A DNA stretch of 64,000 nt from Candidatus Saccharimonadales bacterium (GTDB lineage Bacteria > Patescibacteriota > Saccharimonadia > Saccharimonadales > JAXHNE01). The position numbers and the translations under genes were made by a program. The notes beneath the pieces are model-generated. The model did not search any database. It had not been told where the DNA came from and saw only the letters and a list, made by a program, of their open reading frames with translations. Shown piece by piece: positions 57,282-64,000 of the stretch. The stretch's first letter is position 1. Every line of letters begins with the position of its first letter. Location of the stretch: NCBI GenBank assembly GCA_041600755.1, contig JBFIJL010000002.1, forward strand, positions 80,850 to 144,849, given 5' to 3'.

Positions 57282-57986
57282 CTAGCTGACGGTAGTGCCG
57301 ACTTTTTCACCAGCAACGACGGCAGCGATATTGCCTTCATCGAGTAAATCAAAAATAATTAACGGCATTTTATAATCCATGGCAAGCCCCATTGCCGCCT
57401 TATCCATGACTTTGATTGCACCGTCTGCTACTGCCTGCTGATAGTCTAGTGTTTCAAATTTAGTGGCGTCGTCGTGACGGGATGGGTCCTTGTCGTATAC
57501 GCCATCGACTTTGGTAGCCTTAAGCACCGCATCACAACCCAGCTCAAGAGACAATGAAACTGCAGCTGTGTCGGTCGTAAGATAGGGTCTGCCAATTCCA
57601 CCCGCAACAATCACCACACGACCTTTTTGAAGATGCTTTTCGGCAAGTCTATGCACAAAAGGCTCGGCAACCTGTGTTGCAAATATGTTGCTCAAACAAC
57701 GAGTTCGAAGACCGTTAGCCTCAAAGATATCGGTTAACGCCAAGGCATTCATCATCGTTCCAAGCATGCCCATATGATCGGCAGTTACACGCTTAATGCC
57801 GTGACCGGCAATTTGCGCTCCGCGAAGAAAATTACCACCGCCTACCATTATAACCACCTGAGCTCCGGCATCAGTAGTCTTTTTTACTTCTTGTGCAAGC
57901 CACTGTCCACGCTTTGGATCGATCCCGCTTTCGAACTCACCAGCCAACTGTTCGCCAGAGAGTTTTAATAGAATTCTTTTATACAT
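57282..57986 (-). CDS. pyrH: UMP kinase
   Basis: KRILLKLSGE and VVIMVGGGNFLRG. Start at internal Met 57986 (MYKRILLKLSGE). Confidence 0.9.
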   Translation of the reverse strand: MYKRILLKLSGEQLAGEFESGIDPKRGQWLAQEVKKTTDAGAQVVIMVGGGNFLRGAQIAGHGIKRVTADHMGMLGTMMNALALTDIFEANGLRTRCLSNIFATQVAEPFVHRLAEKHLQKGRVVIVAGGIGRPYLTTDTAAVSLSLELGCDAVLKATKVDGVYDKDPSRHDDATKFETLDYQQAVADGAIKVMDKAAMGLAMDYKMPLIIFDLLDEGNIAAVVAGEKVGTTVS

Positions 57987-58096
57987 TGCATCAATAGTAC
58001 CAGACGAATATTGTATTTTTGTATTATTTATCGATTCGGCGCAATGGGTCTGGTACATTATATATAGACGAGAGGGAGTTATAAAAAAATGAAAAA

Positions 58097-59284
58097 TTGG
58101 CTAAGAAAAGTATGAGTTTGAATTGTCCAGAAGTGATGCCCGGAAACGAAATCAAACTACTTGACCAGTGGCAAATACCACCCGAAGAAGATTTAGAGAT
58201 TATATATCCGGATACCGAGTACCTAAACATGCTTGGACAACAACGTGACGGGAATAACCCGAGGCAGGCCGAATTAACCGCCAGTATCGCATCACAAAAA
58301 GTCTTAAACCCCATAAATGTCGCAATCCTAAACGGCGAAACTTTTCAATCATATTTAGATTTCACTAATAAAATTTGGGCAAAAGATCACAAGCTGGAAG
58401 ACCTCAAGCCGGTGGCCGACGACCTCTACATCCTGGTTATCGCAGGACATTCACGTGTAACAGCGATCAAAACTCTTAGAGAGAACCATCCGGAAGGAAA
58501 ACAAAAGCCCTTGCCGGCACAAGTTCACGAAGTCGATTCAATAGATGACATTATAGCTATCCAGTTAGCCGAGAATATCCACTCAGCACCACCACCAGAC
58601 AGGGCTGCGCGGGCTTACGCTGAAGCATTTTTGTGGCAGAACTCACAAGGGCAATCTATTTCGCGCAAAGCGTTTGCAGCCCAAAATGGCATTACCACCG
58701 AAAGGCTAAAAAATGCACTACTCTATGCTGAACTACCTGAAGAAATTCGTGAACTCACAACCAGTCAGTTAGTGCCTTTTAGTATTAGCGTTGAATTGGC
58801 TAAAGCCTACCCCTGGATAGCGCTCGACGAATCAAAAAGACTCGCCGAAAGCGACACTATGCCTACCCAGCAACATCAGGAGGCCGCTATCAAAGAATTC
58901 ACAGTATACGAAATGGCTCGCTTCATCACACAGTACAATGGCAGACTGAATCGCCAAGTCACAAAGACACGATCAATCATTCAGCAGCACACCGAAGCGC
59001 TCAAGAAAAAGCACTCTGATAATATGGAAACTGACGATTTAGTGATGTCTCTTTTTGATACAAGATCATTTGATAACCCACGCGATAAGATAGTTAAAGA
59101 CCTCGCTTTTCTGCGTGACCAGCGTGCCGAAAAAGAGCGATCATTGCATAATAGAATCGTCGCCTTAATCGATGCAGAAGGACTTGAAATTAATGATGAA
59201 ACCGAGAGACTACTTAGAGATCTAGCAAGCACAGCAATTGGCGCTCCGGGCAGTACAGATAAGCCATTATTCGCTGTCAGCTGA
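58097..59284 (+). CDS. ParB/Srx-fold N-terminal domain protein (ParB-like nuclease domain) with a long helical C-terminus
   Basis: PINVAIL...ILVIAGHSRVTAIKTL...IIAIQLAENIH. This is the ParB-N box layout. Confidence 0.65.
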   Translation: MAKKSMSLNCPEVMPGNEIKLLDQWQIPPEEDLEIIYPDTEYLNMLGQQRDGNNPRQAELTASIASQKVLNPINVAILNGETFQSYLDFTNKIWAKDHKLEDLKPVADDLYILVIAGHSRVTAIKTLRENHPEGKQKPLPAQVHEVDSIDDIIAIQLAENIHSAPPPDRAARAYAEAFLWQNSQGQSISRKAFAAQNGITTERLKNALLYAELPEEIRELTTSQLVPFSISVELAKAYPWIALDESKRLAESDTMPTQQHQEAAIKEFTVYEMARFITQYNGRLNRQVTKTRSIIQQHTEALKKKHSDNMETDDLVMSLFDTRSFDNPRDKIVKDLAFLRDQRAEKERSLHNRIVALIDAEGLEINDETERLLRDLASTAIGAPGSTDKPLFAVS

Positions 59285-59914
59285 TACTGTAGCTATCGCT
59301 GCAATCTTGCCGATAGTTGTTTGGTTTTCTCTATCAAAACCAAACAAAGAAGGGGAGCGCTCATTGGCAGTTGCGCGCCTTCCACGACGCACATTCTCGG
59401 CATGACTCACTGCATCGAGATGATACGGATTGCAGCAGGCATGATTTCGACAACGATGATCCACGTGTAGCGGCTCGTCAGCATTGCGCGGCAACTCAAC
59501 TCCACGGAAGACTTCCATACTGGCACGATGTGCAAGCTGGTTTTTGTAGCCTAACGAAGTTACGGTGATGCACGGATAACGAGCACGTTTTTTAGAATCA
59601 TACTCTTGGCGAAGTGGCAGCTCCCAGCAACCGAACTCATCTTGGAATGAAATTTTTGGCTCCAAATAGCGAGCAAGTGTTACAGCAGCCTGTTCTTCTT
59701 CGAAATATTCAGATGCAGCGAGATCTTGCAGCCTGCCAAATGCCGTCGACGAAAACGACCGTGGGGGTAAAAAATCTTCCCAAGGCGTCTCAACGACCAC
59801 CTCGGCCGCGTCAAGCTCATAGCCTTCGGGCAGCAGGGGATGAGGTTCATAAGAGACGGCAACTGGTGCAAAAAGATACAACTCATTCATTAAAACAAGT
59901 TTAGCACGTGTCAA
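59267..59914 (-). CDS. HNH endonuclease
   Basis: PLHVDHRCRNHACCNPYHLDAVSHAENVRRG. Confidence 0.8.
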   Translation of the reverse strand: MTRAKLVLMNELYLFAPVAVSYEPHPLLPEGYELDAAEVVVETPWEDFLPPRSFSSTAFGRLQDLAASEYFEEEQAAVTLARYLEPKISFQDEFGCWELPLRQEYDSKKRARYPCITVTSLGYKNQLAHRASMEVFRGVELPRNADEPLHVDHRCRNHACCNPYHLDAVSHAENVRRGRRATANERSPSLFGFDRENQTTIGKIAAIATVSADSE

Positions 59915-59949
59915 GTTTGTGGTATTTGCGCTATACTTCTAGGTAAATT

Positions 59950-60873
59950 ATGGAGCGTAATTCAGCAAACATCGGACATGATGCCCAAAATCTAGACTAT
60001 TGGCGTGATCAGCATGAACTGCGTGCACCACTGCAACCATTTCAACGAGCACGCCAGAGCGATGATTGGCTGAAATTATCACTCGATAGAAAAGTCTCGC
60101 CGCAGGGATGGTACCAGATCAAGGACAAGCGCTGGGTGCCAACAGTCCCAAACGGGTTTGGACTCCCTCCTGTTGACAGCTGTCCAGGTTCGACAGAGTC
60201 ATGTGAGGCAATATGTTACGCCATTAACTCAGAACGAGCTGACGGCGTCGCATCACTACTCCGCCACAATCAAAACATGTTGGAGGATGCTGAAAGTGTC
60301 TATGACAAGACCCTACTCCTTACCGAGGCGGTGAATCGCTACCAAGATCATGCCAATAAAAAGGATGTCCCTGCAGATGATCGAATTTTTCGTATTCACT
60401 GGAGCGGTGACTTTTATTCAGAGGACTATGCAGAAGCATGGGCCAACACAGTTCATGCATTTCCAGATATAGCCTTCTGGACATATACTCGCTCCTTCGT
60501 AGAGCCCGTTGATGTAGTGTCGAAGTTGTATGGAATAGATAATCTAGCCCTATATCTAAGCGTTGATGAAAATAATATAGATGCCGCGAGGGAAGTAACT
60601 AAAAACTATCCAGACATCCTATGGGCTCCAACGGCAGAGTTTCAAGATGAGGCTCAGGCCATGATGCCCGAAGGACAAAGAAGCGTTCCGTGTCCAGAAA
60701 ATCTGGGTAAATTGGCTCTTATGGATGAGCGTGGGGGAGCCTGTGTTACTTGCGGTGTATGCCCCAAAGCCCGAAGATCTGTGACTTTCTTTGACAAACC
60801 GGGTATGCGTTCTTTTGTCCAACAAACACTCGAGGTGACACCAGTTCAAATAAAGCAACCAGTGGTGCGCTAA
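59950..60873 (+). CDS. Hypothetical Cys-cluster protein (possibly phage GP88-like)
   Basis: CPGSTESCEAICYA near the N-terminus and CPENLG...ACVTCGVCPK near the C-terminus. The family assignment is from memory only. Confidence 0.35.
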   Translation: MERNSANIGHDAQNLDYWRDQHELRAPLQPFQRARQSDDWLKLSLDRKVSPQGWYQIKDKRWVPTVPNGFGLPPVDSCPGSTESCEAICYAINSERADGVASLLRHNQNMLEDAESVYDKTLLLTEAVNRYQDHANKKDVPADDRIFRIHWSGDFYSEDYAEAWANTVHAFPDIAFWTYTRSFVEPVDVVSKLYGIDNLALYLSVDENNIDAAREVTKNYPDILWAPTAEFQDEAQAMMPEGQRSVPCPENLGKLALMDERGGACVTCGVCPKARRSVTFFDKPGMRSFVQQTLEVTPVQIKQPVVR

Positions 60874-60969
60874 TCATCCCATCCTGAGCGCTGAGTAGCC
60901 GTGAGTTTTGTGCTGGCCATAAAACATCAAGCATCATTGGTCGACATTCACACATGGTAAGATAAGGTC

Positions 60970-61761
60970 ATGAAAATATACTCCTGGAACGTCAACGGTA
61001 TTCGTGCTGTGTTACGAAAAGAATTGTTTTATCCGTTTATCGAAGAACATCAACCAGACATTCTATGCTTACAGGAAACCAAAGCCCACCAGGGGCAGGC
61101 CAAAATTGACCTGCCAGACTACGAAGAATACTGGAACGATGCCGAGAAAAAGGGCTACAGCGGTACGGCAATTTTCACTAAGATCAAGCCAATATCAGTA
61201 ATCAATGACATTCCGGATGAGTATGTTGAGGCAAGCGGACTAGGAGCCGATGGCTACGGAGACGCCAACAAAGAGGGTAGAGTTATCGCTGCTGAATTTG
61301 ACGACTTCTACGTCGTGACGTGTTATACGCCCAACGCTAAAGACAAATTAGCGCGAATTGAACTGAGACAGGATTGGGACAGGGCCATGACAGCCTACTG
61401 CGCAAATCTACAAAAAAAGAAGCCAGTCATTTACTGTGGCGACATGAATGTCGCCCACAATGAAATTGACTTGGCGCGACCCAAGCAAAACGAAGGCAAT
61501 AAGGGCTTCTCGCGTCAAGAACGTGACGGATTTGAAAATTGGCTAGCGGCCGGTTTTGTTGATACTTTCAGGCTATTCGAAAAGGGTGGGGAATACTACA
61601 CTTGGTGGACTGCTTGGGGCGGCGCACGAGATCGCAACGTTGGTTGGCGTATTGATTACTTTCTTGCCTCCACCGCGCTAGAACCGCGAATCGAAAGTGC
61701 TCAAATTCATGCCGACGTAATGGGGAGTGACCACTGTCCAGTAAGTATCGAGATTAACTGA
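60970..61761 (+). CDS. xth: Exodeoxyribonuclease III
   Basis: MKIYSWNVNGIRA, LCLQETK, GDMNVAH and SDHCPV. Confidence 0.9.
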   Translation: MKIYSWNVNGIRAVLRKELFYPFIEEHQPDILCLQETKAHQGQAKIDLPDYEEYWNDAEKKGYSGTAIFTKIKPISVINDIPDEYVEASGLGADGYGDANKEGRVIAAEFDDFYVVTCYTPNAKDKLARIELRQDWDRAMTAYCANLQKKKPVIYCGDMNVAHNEIDLARPKQNEGNKGFSRQERDGFENWLAAGFVDTFRLFEKGGEYYTWWTAWGGARDRNVGWRIDYFLASTALEPRIESAQIHADVMGSDHCPVSIEIN

Positions 61762-62258
61762 TGTCCGAAATGGTAACTTTAGTCGATGAAAGCGACAATG
61801 AAATCGGAACAAAAGCACGGGAGCTACTTTCGAATGATGACCGATGGCGGATAGTCACGATTTGGATCTTTAACGATCAAAATGAGCTACTCCTGGCTAA
61901 GCGCCCCATGCATATGAAAAATGATCCTGGCAAATGGGGGCCATCAGTTGCTGGCACGCTCGAACATGGCGACAGCTACCTACAAACCGCAGAACGCGAA
62001 GTGAAAGAAGAGATTGGGGTCGAAGCACCCCTAACGGAAGTTAAACTACTAATGCACAAGGCAGACATTGGCCACCGCGCCAACATGAACTTTAGAGGCA
62101 ATATAAGCTTGCCTATTAGTGCTTTTACCCCACAGCCGGAAGAAGTAGACGAACTCACTTGGATGCCATATAAAATATTTCTAGCAGAACTGGAATCAAA
62201 CCCCGATAAATATATAGAAGCTATGGACATCGTAAAGGAGCTATTTGGAAATGAATAA
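61761..62258 (+). CDS. NUDIX hydrolase
   Basis: Nudix box GTLEHGDSYLQTAEREVKEEIGV. Confidence 0.8.
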   Translation: MSEMVTLVDESDNEIGTKARELLSNDDRWRIVTIWIFNDQNELLLAKRPMHMKNDPGKWGPSVAGTLEHGDSYLQTAEREVKEEIGVEAPLTEVKLLMHKADIGHRANMNFRGNISLPISAFTPQPEEVDELTWMPYKIFLAELESNPDKYIEAMDIVKELFGNE

Positions 62259-63168
62259 GGACGAATTTACAAATCAAATATTACACTTAGAGGTGAACGA
62301 GCAGCACTCGCTTTATGTGCAAGACTGGGGCAATCCAAACGCCAAGACACCGATCATTTCCTTGCATGGAGGGCCCGGCGGCCAGGCCAAAGACTACCAC
62401 AAGGGAAACTATGACCCTAATGAGCAGCGAGTCATTTTTTTTGATCAGCGTGGCTGTGGTCAAAGCCTGCCTTACGGCTCGCTAGTCGACAACACCACCA
62501 ACGATTTAATTAGCGACATATCAGCTATTGCCGACAAGCTAGGCATTGAAAACTTTATACTGCTAGGCAGATCTTGGGGTTCGTGCTTAGCGCTGGCATA
62601 TGCTCTAAAACATCCTAAAAGAGTATCTGGTATGGTGCTCGGCGGTATTTTTACTGGATCACAGAGCGAGATTGACTGGGTAGCCCAAGGGCTATTCCAA
62701 GCATTCTATCCTGATGTATGGCAAAAATATCTTGACTCTACTCCAGGTTCGCATCAAAAGGATCCAACCAACTATCATTTCGACAAAGCCTTAAAAGGTA
62801 CGCCAAAAGAGCAAAAACAATCTGCTTTTGAATATGCGCAGCTAGAGGGCGGAATTGTTGGTCTAGACGACCGACCACGCAGTAGTAACTACGCAGATTT
62901 TGACCCTAGCGGCACTCTGATAGAAATACACTACATAAGAAATCGCTGCTTCATGCCCGACAACTTTATCCTAGATAATGCCCACAAATTAACTATGCCA
63001 GTAACACTCATACAAGGTCGCTACGACATGGTCTGTCCGCCATCGACTGCTTTTGCACTACATAATGAATTACCCAACAGCCAGCTCTACACCACGCTCA
63101 GTGGACACATAACTGAACACGAAGACATTCAGCTTACACGACAAGCCCTCGCAAGCCTTACGCAATAA
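62245..63168 (+). CDS. pip: Proline iminopeptidase (alpha/beta hydrolase)
   Basis: HGGPGG, FDQRGCGQS and nucleophile elbow GRSWGS. Confidence 0.85.
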   Translation: MEMNKDEFTNQILHLEVNEQHSLYVQDWGNPNAKTPIISLHGGPGGQAKDYHKGNYDPNEQRVIFFDQRGCGQSLPYGSLVDNTTNDLISDISAIADKLGIENFILLGRSWGSCLALAYALKHPKRVSGMVLGGIFTGSQSEIDWVAQGLFQAFYPDVWQKYLDSTPGSHQKDPTNYHFDKALKGTPKEQKQSAFEYAQLEGGIVGLDDRPRSSNYADFDPSGTLIEIHYIRNRCFMPDNFILDNAHKLTMPVTLIQGRYDMVCPPSTAFALHNELPNSQLYTTLSGHITEHEDIQLTRQALASLTQ

Positions 63169-63176
63169 GGTCAATA

Positions 63177-63208
63177 TAAAAGACCCCGGACAGTCCCGGG
63201 GTCTTTTG
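63177..63208. terminator. Bidirectional terminator between convergent genes
   Basis: AAA-AGACCCCGG-acagtc-CCGGGGTCT-TTTT. The stem is 9 bp and perfect. Confidence 0.7.
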
Positions 63209-63222
63209 ATCTTAACGTCTAC

Positions 63223-64000
63223 TTACAATATGTGCGTAGAAGAGTCGTTGTTGCTGTCTGTTGTGTTTCCGTTATTTTGGTTGTTGGTATTGCCATTATT
63301 TTGAGATGTATTTGCCGTGTTATTACTGTTGTTTGTGCTTGAGTTAGAATTGTTGGTATTTGTTGTTGTTGAGCTTGTGTTGTTGCTATCGTTTGTACTT
63401 GAATTTGTAGTTGTTGTTCGAGTAGTGTTGCCGCTGTTGTTGTTTGTTGTATTTCCATTATCTTTAATAACTACATCTGTTGAAGTTGTCGTGGTTGTAG
63501 TTACGCGGTTATCGCTAAGGTTACGGTTATCACTGTAGTCATTGCCGTTATTGAAGGCAAGGAAGTCGTCGTCGCTGTTGTAGCTATCGTTAGTACTAGA
63601 GTCTGTGTAGCTCATAGAAAGTGAGTTACCGCTATTTCGGTTGTCTGTAAACGTGTTGGTGGATGTATTTGTGGTCGTTTGTGTGTTGGATTGATTGTAT
63701 GAAATGCCTATCGGCAAAGTTCGATAGTGTGCAACTCGAATTACTGAGCCTGCAACTTCATCACCAGTTGTGCCAGCGCCATCAACAGCAGGTGCAGCTG
63801 AATCACTGCAAGCCGCAACTTCAATTGCAGGTGCATTGTTAGTCTGTGGTGCAGCTGTTGCATTTGCAGGGTTGTACTGTGCTGCAAGCGTTTCAAGCGC
63901 ACCTACTTTTGCATTTACGATGCTGTTAGTAATGACTGCAACGAATACGCCAGCAGCAACCATTGCAACCGCAAAGACACTAATAATTTGATTAAAACTT
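63223..64000 (-). CDS. Membrane-anchored Asn/Thr/Ser-rich low-complexity surface protein; 5' end outside the window
   Basis: The frame stays open upstream of the tracked Met to nt 64000 (..SFNQIISVFAVAMVAAGVFVAVI is a TM). The C-terminal ~130 aa are almost entirely N, T and S. Confidence 0.6.
   Translation of the reverse strand, partial: SFNQIISVFAVAMVAAGVFVAVITNSIVNAKVGALETLAAQYNPANATAAPQTNNAPAIEVAACSDSAAPAVDGAGTTGDEVAGSVIRVAHYRTLPIGISYNQSNTQTTTNTSTNTFTDNRNSGNSLSMSYTDSSTNDSYNSDDDFLAFNNGNDYSDNRNLSDNRVTTTTTTSTDVVIKDNGNTTNNNSGNTTRTTTTNSSTNDSNNTSSTTTNTNNSNSSTNNSNNTANTSQNNGNTNNQNNGNTTDSNNDSSTHIL

Noticed and set aside
63219-63991. Additional ORFs (79, 73 and 73 aa) on both strands of the Asn/Thr-rich region
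   Set aside because: They are artefacts of repetitive low-complexity DNA, giving poly-Q/T or poly-V/L translations. Only the long minus-strand frame with an N-terminal TM is coherent.

Overview
This 64 kb window looks like a small-genome, Gram-positive-like bacterium. A Patescibacteria/Saccharibacteria-type lineage is my inference from gene content, not a database result. There is no rRNA, CRISPR array, transposase or integrase.

Core genes:
- An F1Fo ATP synthase operon on the minus strand (1.5-10.5 kb).
- smpB, tRNA-Asn, tRNA-Ser, pyrH, xth and a proline iminopeptidase.
- A MacB-type ABC pair and two CHASE-like histidine kinase/response regulator pairs.
- A sortase with an NHL-propeller substrate.

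Three things stand out:
1. An AT-rich segment of about 9.8 kb lies directly 3' of tRNA-Asn and is bracketed by 173-bp direct repeats. It carries a tightly coupled five-gene module: a membrane-anchored GrpE-like protein, an 846-aa atypical Hsp70, a 610-aa J-like transmembrane protein lacking HPD, a classical AAA+ ATPase and an A24 prepilin-peptidase-like protease. A secreted YHYH-thermonuclease follows the module.
2. The tRNA-Asn locus carries an interleaved array of short modules derived from the tRNA 3' end. These delimit several small regulator/cargo cassettes between 26.8 and 30.6 kb.
3. The ATP synthase operon keeps the order atpBEFHAGDC but has seven unrecognisable, translationally coupled ORFs embedded between atpA/atpG, atpG/atpD and atpD/atpC. 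Three junctions reuse a 21-26 nt sequence copied from the atpG 3' end.

All functional calls come from motif recognition by eye in the supplied translations. No searches were run.
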